From NCBI GenBank assembly GCA_013265495.1, contig MU058658.1, positions 557,059 through 621,058 of the forward strand: 64,000 nucleotides of DNA, written 5' to 3'. The notes below the pieces were generated by a model. The model had not been told where the DNA came from and searched no databases. It worked only from the letters and a program-made list of their open reading frames with translations. The stretch comes from Vicugna vicugna. Taxonomy: Eukaryota. The number at the start of each line of letters is the position of its first letter. Position 1 is the first letter of the stretch. Below are positions 1 through 13,800 of the stretch, in pieces. The position numbers and the translations under genes were made by a program.

Positions 1-545
1 TGGTTATCGAAGGAATAAAGCCAACCACAGAATAAAAATTAATTCCAAAAGATATATACACCTTGCTATTAACAGCAACATTATTTATAATTACCTAGAT
101 ATGGAAGCATCCTAAGTGCACATCGATAGTTGAATAGATAGAAGAGGCAGCATATATATTTAATGGAATACAACTCACCCATAAAAAAGGATGTTTTGCC
201 ATTTGCAGCCCTTCATTCACTTTTTTTCACTTCAAAAGCCAGAATTTTATAACTGGCAGAAACATTTCCATTACATCAAAAGCAACAAAATACCAAGAAA
301 TAAACTTAACCAAGGAGGTTACCTATACGCTAAAAACCAAAATGACGCAAAGAAATGGAAAGATTTCTTGTGCTCTTGGATTGAAAAAAATCAACACTAT
401 CAAAATGGCCACACTACCCAAAGCAATCCACAGATCCAGTGCAATCCCTGTCAACATACTCATGACATTTCTCACCGAACTAGAACAAACAATTCCAAAA
501 TTTATAAGGAACCACAAAAGACCCTGAACAGCCAAAGCAATCTTT
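1..545 (+). mobile_element. L1 ORF2 fragments
   Basis: Translation NGKISCALGLKKINTIKMATLPKAIHRSSAIPVNILMTFLTELEQTIPKFIRNHKRP resembles L1 ORF2; 1-210 resembles the ORF2 3' end. Confidence 0.85.
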
Positions 546-549
546 TGTA

Positions 550-1560
550 GGTCTCTCTCTCTCTCTTTTTTCCCCCCTCTTTCTTCTTTTTGTTCTCTTT
601 TCTCATGGTTTGATGACTGGAGAAGGTCCTTTCACATCTGTTGTAAAGCTGGTTTGGTGGTGCTGAAATCTTTTAGCTTTTGTTTTCTGTGAAGCTTTTG
701 ATTTCTCCATCAAGTCTGAATGAGAGCCTTGCTGGATAGAGTGTTCTTGGTTGTAAGTTTCCCCCTTGCATCACTTTAAATATATTGTCCAACTCCCTTC
801 TGGCCTGTAGAGTTTCTGCTGAAAAATCAGCTGATAACCTTATGGGAATTCCCTTGTATGTTATTTGTTGCTTTTCTCTTGCTAGTTTTAATATTTTCTC
901 CTTATCCTTAATTGTTGTCAATTTGATGACTGTGTGCCTTGGTGTGCTCCTCTTTGGGCTGATCCTGTGTGGAACTCTCTGCACTCCTGGACTTGGGTGA
1001 CTGTTTCCTTTCCCAAGTTGGGGAAGTTTTCAGTGATTCTCTCTCCAAAAATTTTCTCAGGTCCTTTCTCTCTGTCTTCTCTTTCTGGGACCCCTATAAT
1101 GCAAATATTAGAGTGCTTCATGTTGTCCCAGAGTTCTCGTAAACTATCCTCATTCCTGTTTATTCTTTTTTCTGTTTTCTGTTCTGAAGTAGTGATTTCC
1201 ACTAATCTGTCTTCCAGCTATCTGATCCGTCCTTCTGCCTCATTTAGTCTGTTCTTGGTTTCTTCTAGTGTGTTATTTATTTCAGTGATTTTCTTCTTCA
1301 CCTCTGTTTGGGTATTCTTTATATTTTCCAACTCTTTGCTAAAAACTTACCTCTGTGCATCTATACTCCTCTTGAGTTCTCTGAACATCTTTATCATCAT
1401 TGCTTTGTACTCTTAATAGTCAGATAAATTGCTTATCTCCTCATCACGTATTTCTTCTGGGATTGTATCTTGTGCCCTGGCCTGGGAGATATTCCTTTAC
1501 CACCTATCTTCTGTCTTTCTGTGTGTTGGTGGATTCCTTCCACAGGCTTTGGGATTGTTG
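550..1560 (-). mobile_element. L1 ORF1 fragment (frameshifted)
   Basis: ORFs 918..1202 (EDSLRELWDNMKHSNICIIGVPE) and 673..984 (TPRHTVIKL...KGIPIRLSADFSAETLQARRE) are L1 ORF1p. Confidence 0.95.
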
Positions 1561-2019
1561 TTTCCTTATTATCTGGTATCTGCCCCTCCCATTTTATATT
1601 TTTGTTACGTAAATCTTTTTAGTATATATATTTTTGTATATACATTTAAGGTTTGCAGTTGGGACAAATTAAGGATCTTTGTTCTAATTTAGTTATGTAT
1701 CATCTATGCATGTGTAACTTATATATTTATGTTGAATTATAGTATATAAAGCATATAATTTCTTTAATTATCTTTTCTACCCTCTATCGAGGGGTTTTCT
1801 TTTTTCTTTATCTTTTTCCTTTCTTTTAAAGTTTATTTTATTTTTTGATTCTGACATGTAGTCTCCTGAAACCATGTGTTTTAGTTCCTGCCTCTGGCTG
1901 ATAGTAGGAAGAGGGAGGATGGGGAAGGGCCCAGTGCCTCTAGGCAGCAGCCTCATTTTTTTTTTTAATTCAAGTATTTATTGAGTTCCTGTTATTTGCC
2001 ATATAGTTTTTTATTTCCA

Positions 2020-2470
2020 TTTTTAAAAATTGAAGTATAGTCAGTTTACAATGTGTCAGTTTCTGGTGTCCAGCATAATGTTTCAGTTACTCATGTACGT
2101 ACACATAATAATCCTTTGGATATTCTTTTCCATTATGCGTTACTACACAATATTGGATATAGTCCCCTGTGCTGTACAGGAGAAACTTGTTTATCTACTT
2201 TATATATAGTAGTTAGTATCTGCAAATCTCAAACTCCCAGTTTACCCCTCCCCACCTCTTTTGCCCCCTGGTAACCATAAGTTTGTTCTCTATGTCTGTG
2301 AGTCTGTTTCTGTTTTGTAAATAAGTTCATTTGTGCCTTTTTTTTAGATTCCACATGTAAGCAATATCATAAGGTATTTTTCTTTCTCTTTCTGGCTTAC
2401 TTCACATAGTGTGACGGTCTCCAGGTCCATCCGTGTCGCTGCAGGTGGCATTATTTTATTCTCTTTAATG
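2020..2470 (-). mobile_element. 5'-truncated L1 3' end (lineage-specific type)
   Basis: ORF2 C-terminus IMPPAATRMDLETVTLCEVSQKEKEKY plus 3'UTR; same 3' end recurs at about 14.8, 23.7, 33.9, 35.6, 40.1 and 43.2 kb. Confidence 0.9.
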
Positions 2471-3402
2471 TAGGCAGCAGTCTCTTGGGACAGCTCACCT
2501 GCAGCATGATCAGTCTGTTTCCCCCTCTTCTTTTTCTCTCTTAAACAGAATCTTTTACAATGGCTTATATGTCCAGAATGGTAAAGTTTCCCCCTTTCTA
2601 CCTTTTTTCCTTTTTGTCTCCTGTTAATTCCCAAATGTTTTTCCCCCCTTTTCCTGGTAGACTCCTGGTGGTCTCGAGTTGCCTCTGCGGTGAGGGTCAG
2701 CCTCCCTTCCTAGGGTAAAACAGCCCACCTCAGGAGGGCTGGGGTCTGCAGCTGGGAAAGCAGCAGTGCCTCATCCCGGTCTTGGGCAGCTTGGTTTTAA
2801 GTGGCGACTCAGCACATTGATACAGGGCAGTGCACAGAAGCGCCCGCACGCTGACCGGGAGAGGTGCAGGCACAGCTGCGCTGAGAAACGTCCCCTGCTG
2901 TCCTGGGCGGAGGGCACAGAGTGCTCCTTCCCCTTTCTCTCTTTCACCCCGCGCTGGGCCACAGTCTCCGTGGATGGGATCCCTTGTATCCCGTGAACCG
3001 TGACGTCAGCGGGGCAGGCAGCATGAGAGCAATTCAAGCTCGGAGCCACAACTGTGTTTGCCTGGTGCTGTGAGTCTTCACGGGGAGGAGGCCCTGCACG
3101 CATCTGCCCGTGTGCGGCCCGGAACCCAGCGTGCCCACACTCTAAGGGATTATCAGCAGGGGATTCCAGATGATAGAAATCAAGGGATCGACTTGTGTGT
3201 CATTGAGGAGGGTCAGCTAGGGACCAGGATCCCAGACCACAGCGGTTACGTGGGTGGCCCTAGTGTTCTGCTGTTGACCAGGCCTGTGGAGCAGACTAAA
3301 CACTCAGCAAGGCAGTAAGCCTCTCTGCTCCGTTGTGGGGTTAGCTTAGCCCGTCACTGCAAGTGCTGGCACACAAGATACATCTTAAAACCCAAGGCAG
3401 GA

Positions 3403-3885
3403 TGCGGTCATGGACTGACTTGTGTCCTCCTCCCCCAGATTCATGTATTGAAACCTCAAATGGGATGGTATTTGGCAATAAGGCCTTTAGGGAGATAATT
3501 AAGGTCAAATGAGGTCATAAGAGTGGGCCCTAATCTGATAGGGTTGGCATCCTTATAAGAAAAGGAAGGAAGGTATAGCTCAGTGGTAATGTGTGCTTAG
3601 CATGCACGAGGTCCTGGGTTCAATCCCCAGTACCTCCATTAAAAAAAAAAAAAAGAAAAAGAGAAGAACAGGAAAAGACACTAAGGTTGGCTCTCTGTGT
3701 GTCCCCAGAAGAGGCTGTGAGGAGGGAGGTAGGAGGCAGCAGCCAGGAAGACAGGTCTCACCAGAAACCAGCTCCAGCGCCACCTTGATCTTGGACTTCT
3801 GGGCTTCAGAAGTGCAAGAAAATAAGTTTCTGTTGAAGCCATCCCACCTGTGGTGTTTTACTGTAGCAGCATGAGCAGGTGCCAG
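3403..3885 (+). mobile_element. MaLR (MLT-type) solo LTR with nested SINE
   Basis: Typical MaLR strings (ATTAAGGTCAAATGAGGTCATAAG, CACCTTGATCTTGGACTTC, AAATAAGTTTCTGTTGAAGCCA). Confidence 0.85.
3567..3663 (+). mobile_element. tRNA-Ala-derived SINE (camelid Vic-1-like); representative copy. Others near 7.1, 9.8, 13.0, 15.2, 16.0, 16.2, 18.7, 21.4, 22.0, 24.9, 25.3, 27.0, 28.2, 28.4, 30.4, 31.6, 32.2, 32.7, 36.9, 41.0, 45.0, 50.9 and 63.9 kb
   Basis: GGTATAGCTCAGTGG (A box) ... GGTCCTGGGTTCAATCCCCAGTACCTCC (B box), A-rich tail, TSD AAGAAAAGGA / AAGAACAGGA. Confidence 0.9.
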
Positions 3886-5039
3886 CTGGGAACAGGGCGT
3901 CCCAGGCTCTGTCAGCTTAAGCTCCTTTATGGTGAAAAACCAAGGCAGGAGACAGAGCACAAAGTAGATGCAGCCACAGTGCAAGTGAGCGCGTTCAGCT
4001 AATAAGCCGAGGGCCGTCGGGAGGCCTGTCATCACCATTCGTACCTGCACGACCCTGCTCGCTGCACCGTCTGTTCTAAAATTTGTACCCAGAATGTGTG
4101 TCGGTCATGTATGGGAAGGTAACAAGCCTGGAGACAGCTGGCTTTGAAAGAAGCATTTATTACTCACATTTCCGCAGAGGAAGGTACAGCCGTGCCACCC
4201 GGGGCCGTGTGGAGAGGGCCAGGGCCAGCCAGGAGGCAGGAGGGCCGAGGGGGAGCTCAGGCCTGCGCCTTTGTTACCACGGTTAGGGAGTCTTTAAGGC
4301 TCCGACTTTCTGCCCTGGGCAGGAAGGGAAACACATCAGGGTCTGCTTGCGGGGTTTGTAGTATGACTTCTGCATGCCTGGGTCGCAAGAGAGTTGTAAA
4401 CAACTTTGGGCATGAGTTCGGCTCCGCAATTACTGGGTGCCAAAAACAGAATCTGAGAAAATGCGCTTAGCACGGCTTCGTCCCTGTTCCCCCAGCCTCT
4501 GCCCACCCGACGCCTGCGTCATCTGCACTTGGCAGAGAGCTGCATCTTTTTCGGCACTATTGATGACTCAGTATGAAATATCCGGGAGCCGCCCCTTCTG
4601 AGCTTTCTCTGTCTGCTCCTGGGTTTTACGCACACATTCTGCTGGCACAGGCATCTCTCACAGTCTCGTTTCTGTTTCCCTGGTCAGTCAAAGGTCCCGA
4701 CGTTTTCTCGGATTTCCCTGGAGATGTCTGAGGGCCACCGAGCTCAGTGTTGCTCGCTCTGGTCCCGTGCTTCCTGTTGTCCTTGCTCTGCAAGTATCTG
4801 CACTTTGCATTTTCGCCTGAACCCAACAGGGCTCAGCTTGGCCTTCCTCTAACTTTCCTTTAGCTGCCCCAAGAGTAGAGAGTATATACATGAAGGGGAA
4901 GCTGGAGACCAATCTGAGACCCAGGAGAGGAGGGGCATTGAAGAGTGGCCTCTGCAGCCAAGTCAGGGAGAAGGCAGCCCCTGGCTGAAGTCCACATGTG
5001 TCCCACTGAGACTAGGTCCCCATCCCCATATGAAATCTT

Positions 5040-7020
5040 CCTCTCGCAGTTACTTGGTTAAATTGATTTATTTCTATTTTATTTTTTTAAAGGTGTCCGA
5101 CATGATGGTTTAATGTTCATATGCGTTATGAAACGATTACCACAATCATCTGTCACCTCACATGGTTAACATTTTTTCATTGATATATAATTCACACTGA
5201 GTGTCAGTTTCAGGTGTAAAACATAGTGACATAACATTTGTATATATTTCAAGATGATCATGATGATCAGTCTAGTTACTTCCTGTCACCCTAGAAAGAT
5301 GTTACAGTGTTATTGACTGTATTCTGTATTTTGTATACTATGTGTCCATGACTTATTTATGTTAAAACTGGAAGTTCCTTCCTCTTAGGCCCCTTCACCT
5401 ACTTCACCCATCCCCACATCCCCCACTTTGGTTAAATTTATTGCGAAATTTTTTTTTTCATGCTGTTGTAAATGGAATTGCTTTTCATTTCATTTCCAAA
5501 TTTCCAGTATTTAGTCTGGAAATACAGCAGATACTTGTTCCTTGGTCTTATATTCTGCAACTTGTTAATTCATTTATTGCTTTAATTGTGTGGGTGTTTG
5601 TGCGTGCGTGTGTGTTCTTTGGCATTTTATACCTATAAGATCGTGTCATCTGCAAATAGAGATAGTCTTGCCGATTTCTTTCCAAGTTGGATGCCTTCTA
5701 TTTCTTTTTCTTGACTAATTGCTCCAGTTGGAAGTTTCAGTACGATGTTGCCTGGAAGTGCTGAAGGTGAGCATTGTGTCGTGTGCTCGATCTAAGGGGG
5801 AGATTTTTCTGTCTTTCATTGAGCATGATGTTGCCTGTGGGGTGCTCATAAATCCTTTTATGAGGTAATCGTAGCAGGTTGAGCGTTTTCATCGTTGTGA
5901 AAGGGCATTGAATTCCTCTGAAGCTTTTCTGTATCAGTCGATGTGATTTTGGGGTTTCCCCCCTCCATTCTGTTAACGTGGTATGTTATGTTGATTGAAT
6001 TCTGTAAGTTGAACCCCCCGATGGATTTGTTTTGCTAGCATTTTGTTGATGACTTTTATATTTTTATTCATAGGGGATACGGTTCTGGAGGACTCTTCTC
6101 GTGATGTCTTTGTTTTCGCTGTCGTCCTACTGACCTTGTAGGATGAGTTATGAAGCGTCCTGTTGGTCATCTTTTTTTTTCTTTTTCACAGTTTGAGAGA
6201 GATTAGTGTTATTTCTTCTTTAAATACTTGTTCGCATTTACCAGTTAAGCCGTTGGATCCTGGGATTTTCTTTGTAGATTTTTTTTATTACTGTTAATAG
6301 TGTCTTTATTTCTGATAGGTCTATTCAGATTTTCTACTTCTTGAGTTAGTTTTGATATTTTATGTGTTTCTAGGAATTTTCCATTTAATTTAGGTTATCT
6401 GATTTATTAGAATATACTTGTTCACAACGTTGCCTCCTCAATGTATATATTTCTGCCAGATCAGTAATAATGACCCACTTTGATTTCTGATTTTAGCAAT
6501 TTGAGTCTTCACTCCTTTTTTCCTCTAGTCAGTCTAACTGAAAGCTTATCAGTTTTGTTGATCTTTTCGAAGAAACAGCCAGGATATTTGTCTTTAAGTG
6601 CTTTTGACACATGTCACTCAGAAGGCCACTGCTGCTCTGGGACTGTTGGGAGGGGGCAAAACAGAGACTGATCACTCAGCGGATCCCCTGGGAGTGGCCA
6701 GACGCGCTGCAGCTCACAGCCCCAAGTCTTTTGGACAAGTTCCGTAATGCCCCGAGGCGTCAGCAAACCCCGGGAGGTGGCAGGGGAGGTGGGGGTGCTG
6801 GGAAGGTGAGTTAACAGACTGCGATATAGTTTTCCAAAATTTGGCAACTTCTTTGTTTATTAAACACCCCCCTTGTGGTTGCAAGTTTCCGTATTAGATT
6901 CCAGATTCCCGAAAGAGCTGATTCTGACAGTTTTTTTAACCAGAGTCATCTCTGCTTCAGTGGCAGGGCAGGGATTTTAGATTCCCTACTCCACCACTTT
7001 GGGTAATGTCACTTCTGTTG
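5040..7020 (-). mobile_element. Old L1 fragments (ORF2 and 5' region) with a nested L1 3' piece at ~5080-5430
   Basis: Antisense L1 ORF2 strings (TCATCTGCAAATAGAGATAGT, TTTGCTAGCATTTTGTTGATGACTTTT). Confidence 0.75.
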
Positions 7021-7351
7021 GTGAGGCTTCTTTTGGTTGGCTTTTCTTTGTGGGGAGGGATTGGGTTGGTTTGTTTGTTTATTTAGAGGAGGTAGTTGAG
7101 ATTGAAGCCAGGACCCCAGTGCGTGCTGAGCACACACTCTACCACTGAGCTGTACCCGCCCCCACTGCTAGTGAGCTTTATTTGCTAAGTATACATATTT
7201 TAAATCAGCATCAAATGAAAGATACCAAGTCCTTTCCTCACTGTAAATCTGGAAAGAATTGGTCAATGAAATGACAAAACCAGTGTCATAATAAAGCTTA
7301 AGTTTGGGCACAAAATTCATAGAAATCACGTGGAATTCAATAAGAATTAGA

Positions 7352-7535
7352 CTCGTGATTCCCAAGCTAAGTTCCTGGGCTAGTATCATAGCACCCTCTG
7401 GGAACCTTAGAAGTGCAGATTCTTGTGTCCTGTCTCAGACCAGCTAGATCAGAAACACTGGAGTTGAGGGCCCACAATCTGGGTTTCACAGACTTGCTTT
7501 TCTTTCTGATATGTGTTTGACTTTGAGGACCATTG
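7352..7535. mobile_element. MER5-like hAT-Charlie DNA transposon
   Basis: AGAAGTGCAGATTCTTG...GATCAGAAACACTGGAGTTGAGGGCCCACAATCTGGGTTT...TTTGAGGACCATTG. Confidence 0.7.
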
Positions 7536-8620
7536 TGATATATAATCAAAAATTATAAGATAGCTCTGGATTAAGGTCATAATTTTGATACAAAAGATTA
7601 AAGATTGTATATTACCAGGAAATAAAATGAAATTCAAGACATTATGTAGCTAACTGTAAACATTTATGTGAAATATCTGATTTGCCATGAGAATGACACA
7701 GGGATATTAAAAGCCTTAGAAGAACTTGAGAAGCCTTAAATGACAAGTATATAATAATCAGGTAATTGAAAAGAAGATTCTTTGTCACTTGAATGCCAGG
7801 GAAAATAAAGAAGGAACATGTAACTTAAGTCATACTAAAAGTTTGGCCATTAATTTGCATTATCTGAGCATGAAAAAGGAATGTTAAGTCACAAAACCTT
7901 GACCCTACAGAAATTAGAGTGATTCACTTTTTAGGATCAATTAATACAATTAAAAAATCAACTAAAATTTAAAAAGGTGAAAATGTAACTTTTGATGATA
8001 GATATGTATTTAATTGAATATTTACAAGAATAATTTATAATAATCAGAGCTGCTGATGTTGTCCATCTAGCTAAACCTAAACTGGACTTACTATTTTTAC
8101 AACACAGATGAGAATGCTTGGCTAGTTCTAGAGTATGTGCCAAGCCAGTCATCACATGTGTGTATTGCTTCACATTCCAGCACAGTCCCCCTCCCTCTGC
8201 ATCAGCACCGGACATGGCAGACGTTGTCAGGTCGCCAGGGGCTCCTTGTGACTTCCAATTAAGAGGTCTTTTCAAGTGATTTTTCTCTCCCTGGGACTAC
8301 TGAATACAACGCTTTAAAAACTCATAAATTTTCCGGTAACTCTATGAAAAACAAGTACACAACAATACTAGTCTTTATCACAAAATTTGATGTTTTGCTG
8401 CTTTGTACTTCCTCAAAACTTTCCCAGGACTCTCCATTCTTTACAAGGAAGCATAGATTAAGTTCAGTATAACTGAGTATATGATTTCAATTTCTGATAA
8501 CACTAGAAGTTCTAGGAAAGTGGAAGTATGTTTGGTTTCATGCACCATGTGTCACAGATTCCTAGCAGAATTCTTAGCATCTAATAATCACCTATATTCA
8601 TTAAAGGTTTATCAGATGAA

Positions 8621-9570
8621 TTATAGCTGTTTAGGCAGATCAGCAATAAATGAAATTCTGGCCCAGAAATCAAAGAAGAGTCGTGAGATACGGATGTCAC
8701 TGGTGATGAGCAAAAAGGGACTAAGAGTCGGGAAGCACGAAGCCAAGAACACGGAGAGGTCTACCAGCCACTGACCTGGTGACGCCGTAAGCATGACATA
8801 AAGAGCTGAAGTGCAAGAGAGCGAGTAGAAGACAAAGGCGCTCGCCAGGACCAGGATGGTGCGCGTGGCTCTGGCCTCGTGGGAGGCTCGGGCGGAGCGG
8901 CTGCTGCTGAGGACGTGCTGGACTCGCTGCTTGTGTCTGGTCAGGAGGATGACCGTGGAGCCACTAGCCCACGTGATGCGGCCCAGACATACAGCAGCAA
9001 AAGAGAATAATATGCCTGCATGCAGTGCGACTGTAAATCTGTCTGATCTGAGTGAAAAACAATAGTTGTAGTTTTTTGCGTTTTTTTTGCATTTACGTTT
9101 TGGCTGTTTCTTGGTCCAGCTACTCTCATTGAAATAAAGACATTTACCGAGAGGTGCAGGGCCCAGCAGAGGGAGCAGCAGAAGCCAGTGCACTTTGGGG
9201 ATCTCAATTTGCGCTCCACCCACCTGGAGGTCCTCAAACAGAGCTTAAGGGCCTGGAAACCATTGAGGAGGCAGGTGGGGCTGAGGGACACCCCTCTGGC
9301 CACTCTGTGTAAATACACGACAGGTTTACACCGAGCATCGTCCAGGAAATTTTTCCATCCAAACTCTGCCATTGTCTGTGGGGTCCCTCTGGAGAAAAGG
9401 ACCAAGCTGCTGGCTAAGCCCAGCTGGTGGCGTATCATGTCTGTGGGTGTCAGCTTGTGTCCAGTGAGCAGAGTGAAGCTAAGAAGACCGAAGAGGAAGG
9501 AGTTGCCCAGGATCCCAGCTCCCGCCTGAGTGAGGAAGGCAGTCCCTGCATCCAGGCTGGCAGAGCCCAT
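8621..9570 (-). pseudogene. Vomeronasal type-1 receptor (V1R), single frameshift at ~9072-9090
   Basis: GILGNSFL, CKPVVYLHRVARGVSLSPTCLLNGFQA in ORF 8941..9573 (ATG at 9570); continues in another frame as NYNYC...WASGSTVILLTRHKQRVQH...SHEARATRTIL...CFPTLSPFLLI in ORF 8621..9223. Confidence 0.93.
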
Positions 9571-12500
9571 CACGCCAGCCTCTAGGGGACATGGCTAATT
9601 TGAGTCCAAAAATGGTAGAAACATAAACAAAAACGTATTTCCTTCATCCACCCAACAGTTCCTAATGATAAATATAACACATTTTCCTCATCTTTAAGCA
9701 AAACATTTTCTCAATTTAAATGGACGTTAATAGTATTTATGGGTTCAGAGCCCGTCAGAGCCCCATATTGTGAGGAAGGCATAGCTCAGTGGTAGAGCGC
9801 ATGCGCACCCTGCACAGGGTCCTGGGGTTGATCCCCAACACTTCACCTAAAAATAAATAAACAGACACACCTACTCCCCCTTCAAAAATAAAACCCCAAA
9901 ATAAAAAAATAATTTGAGTCCCATGCTGGAAACAAATTAAATGTCCAATAAAAGAATGTTTAAATAAATAGTGTACCATTCACACAATAAGACATCAGCA
10001 TCTGTAAAGCTGAATGAAGAACCTCTCTATACATGTGTATGAAATTACTTCTGGGATATATTTTTAAGTAAATGAGAAGAGAACAGGGGATGGGAAAGAG
10101 AGTGCAGAGTATGCTACAGTTTTCTTACAGTTCTGAAGAAATATGGCTATGAATACATGCATGTATGTGTATTTAATTGCTTTTAAAATCTGTATAAGAA
10201 TGAACCCCAAACCCATATGAAATGAATGACATACAGATGCATAGACAATCCAAGCTGGAGGAGCAGAAATGAAAGCTAGTTGTATATGAATTGATCTTGT
10301 GTTACAGTTTTTGCTTTTAGATAGATATAAATATTTTACATAATTAACTAACAATATTCATTTTAAATATAATTAAAACTCATAAAATTCAAAGGCAAAA
10401 TTATGATAAAATATATAAGGCTCATTATGTAATAAGAGGTGTGGCCTATTCATACAAAGTAATAAGACTAACTTTAAAAAATGTTTGGACTATATATTTC
10501 TACTGAAATGTATCAAGGCAAAAATATCTACAAAGATGTTAAAATTTCCTATGACCATACTGTTCAGAAAAACAGTGATAAGAATATTTTGAAATTAGTA
10601 AGTACTTTGATGTAGCTGGGAAGTGAGGCTTTCACTAAAATTAAAAAAAAAACAGAAATAAAAATGCAAAGCATTTAAGGAAGAGTCTATACTTTTCATT
10701 CATTTGGAAGAATTCTCATTACCTTGATCTGTATTTTATCTGAAGCATAAATATATATTGTATATTTTTCCATTAGACCAACTCCCAGGTAATTACCATT
10801 CCCATTACTCCAGCTGTATTCAGAAAATGCAATTTCTCACTAGAAGAAAATTTATATCTTAAAAAAAATGGGTAACTCTAGAAGGTCTTCTCTGACCACC
10901 AAGCGAGGAAGCTTTCCCAAACATCTGGGGTCACTTTAGAATCTCACAGTGGTTAAGTTTTTAAGGAATTGAGTATTTATTCTAGAAACTGATGAAGGGA
11001 TATCGAAACAAAAGTAAGAACTAGTTTTATGTGTCAACTTCAGGACAAAATGTACATCAGTAGAGACGTACATTGAAAACTAAAAGGGGAATTCTAATAT
11101 TGAAAGTCATTCAATTTGCATAAGTGTGTTGATTTAATATTATTTGAATGTCAGTCTTTCTTAATTTTCTCTACAGTTTAAAAATGTTTTTAAAAATTAG
11201 TAAGATTGAAACTTGCAATGAAAAGAATTTTCCCCTAACAAAGACAGAGTCTGCTAGCAATTACCTTTACGGATGTTCATGTGTAGAATTAGGGATGGTA
11301 TGAAACAGGAAGCCTGCAGTTAACATACACATACACACATTATCCTTAAATAAAAGTTGATTAAGATTAGTTGGAAAAATAATTATTTTACTTTGTTACA
11401 CAGTATTAAAAGAATAGTGGTTGAAAAACAGAAGTAAATTTTTTATCTCACACCTTAGAGAGCTTTAATGTATAGGACCTTAAAAAAAAAACTCACAGAT
11501 AAAATATTGACTGTATTTTTATATAATCTTTGCTAGAGTATATCAATACTACATATGCTACAAAGAAAAGATTATTTCATGAAATGATAATGAAAGCAAA
11601 AGAAATATATCACACATTAAAATTAATCTAAATAAAATATTTAACTTAAAATACTTAACAGAGTAGAATATAGTAGGACATAAAAAAATATCAGTAATCA
11701 CCTTCAGTATTGATACCAAACAGGTAAACAAAAGACAAAAGAAATGCTGCTGATACGTATGAAGATGCAATCCTTAGGAAAAATAAAAACTTTTAACATA
11801 GTCTCACGAATCATCAGAAAATTACAAATGAATTTGAGATGACATTTGACTATTTTTAACTATTACATACATTAATTTGCCCCAATTTTATTTTGGATAA
11901 AATTCCTCTGAAAGAAGCTTTACGTATCTTTAATTTGCTTTCACCACCCATAATTAATCAAGCATGATTTATAACTAGTAATTCTTTACCATGCTGTATA
12001 GTACATCCCCAGGACTTAGTAATTTTACAGCTGGTACTTTGTTAAACTAGCCTGGACATTGAGAGGTGTTGAAAACCTTGAGTACTCAGTGATTTGTGTA
12101 TTTATATGTGTGTGGTCTCATCACCCACTTTTACCTCAAAAGCATTTAAAAACCCCCTCCAATTTTAGGGGCTATTTCATGTAGGATTTACAGAAATACC
12201 TTGTAACTTTTTTTGCACTAATATTTCAGTTACCAATATATTAACTTAGTTGCACAATTGAAATAAAGAGGGCAGCTAGAATGAAAGTTTGAGGGAAGAA
12301 AATTGGCTCCTGAGAAGTATACACACCAACCTGTGTATCTGGTAATCTTTTGAAAAATAAATCAGTAATTGAATGCAAGTAATAAAAAGTAGGTCAATGG
12401 ATATACTGTGGGAGTTACAATTAATTAAGGATTAAGAACGTTCTTTAAAATGAAAAGACGGTGCTGCTGTGGTTACTGGTGACCCACACTTGAAGAACTG

Positions 12501-13566
12501 CAGTGATTCACGGGAAATAAAGGCCCGTTCTTTCCTATTGGTCACAGTGATATTGTGGATCCACAGAGGAGGTCAGAATTAAGGGACTTTTGCTTTCAGA
12601 AGAGGGAGTAGAAAATAGCCTTCATTCAGGGTCTCTGGCTAGATTGTTTTTCTTTTTGAAATCCTCTTCTTAAAATAGGTGGAAGGAAGGGAAGGAGAGG
12701 GAGCTGGAGGACCGTAGAAGGGAGAAGAGACTGGACAACCCAGGAACTTACTGAAGATGTGGTATCATACTTACACAAAGATGGCAGTGCCCAGGCACTT
12801 CTGGGTGACCCACTGGCAGAGCGATACTTAAACCTCAAGATTGGTAAAGTCCACTAACTTCATTATCAGCCTTTGTGTCTGAAGTCCACCATCTTCCTCC
12901 CTCCCCAATATTTATGTGTGTAGATGGTTGGCATTTCCAAAAACAGGAGAGGAAATGAGACTTTGACGTATCTAAACGGCAGGAAAATGTTAAGAACCTT
13001 ATACTAATTAAAAATGCAGAGTGGGGAGGGTACAGGCCAGTGGTAGAGCATGTGCTTAGCAGGCACAAGGCCCTGGCTTCAATCCCCAGCACCTCCATTA
13101 AAAATAAATAAGTGAACCTAATTACCACCCCCCAAATGTAGAGACGTTAATAGACCCCGTTAAGCCCAGGCTGTTCCTCCAGAGAGGAAAGGCCTGTACC
13201 AGCACCTGTCACACTGGTACCAGGTCTCTGCTCAGCGGCGAAGAGCCCACCGTCTCCGTCTGACTGTGCATCATGTGCCTGTAGCGTGAAGCCTGTAGAG
13301 TGCATGCTTGCGAGGTTCATTGTGTGTAGTCGGGGCGAGGGAGAGGGGACTTCAGCAAGGGCTGTAACTGGAAGGGCCGGAGTATGAGAGCATCCTCAGG
13401 TAGGTGGTCAAGGGTGGTCATTTGCCTTTGGTTTCCTCAGCCAACAAATTTCCTACATACCCATATATAAAAATGTGTGTTACAAACTTGGAAAACAAGT
13501 ATTTCAGCAATAATAGGCATGGCTAGACTTCCTGAGATATTTTCCTTCTAAGAATGTGGACGTTAC

Positions 13567-13800
13567 CTGAAGAGGAGCGTTCCTCACTCAGCGCTGTCCG
13601 CTCCCAGGACTGTTGAGCGGCAGGGGCAGCGCCTGTGCAGGCGTGGAAGGTGGGCGCCGGCACCGGTGGGAAGGGATGTGGACTCTGATCTCATCCCTCT
13701 GCCAGGGAGGGATTATCATTTCACCTGTAATTGCAGTGATGGTATTGGCCAGGGGGCTGGAGGCTGTTTGTGAACAACATTGGTGACTGGTGTACATCCC
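13567..13800 (-). promoter_or_regulatory. Putative V1R promoter / non-coding first exon (copy 1), donor CAG|GTAACG at 13567|13566
   Basis: 18-nt ACAGGTGAAATGATAATC (13728-13711) identical to the copy upstream of the second V1R; oriented toward the V1R CDS 4 kb away. Confidence 0.7.

Larger units (their letters stand above)
2480..4470 (-). mobile_element. Probable ancient ERV remnant (LTR-like ~4060-4470, internal sequence to the left), interrupted by a MaLR LTR
   Basis: LTR-like segment with minus-strand AATAAA near 4157-4162 followed by a CGGTGCAGCGAGCAGG internal-start-like motif; family not determined. Confidence 0.4.

Noticed and set aside
250..1560. Possible twin-primed (5'-inverted) L1
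   Set aside because: The two fragments converge, whereas twin priming gives segments diverging from the junction; no TSD visible; more likely separate insertions
3567..3640. tRNA-Ala-like sequences, here and at more than 20 other sites
   Set aside because: Dispersed, diverged, with A-rich tails and TSDs: SINEs, not tRNA genes, and not a CRISPR-like array
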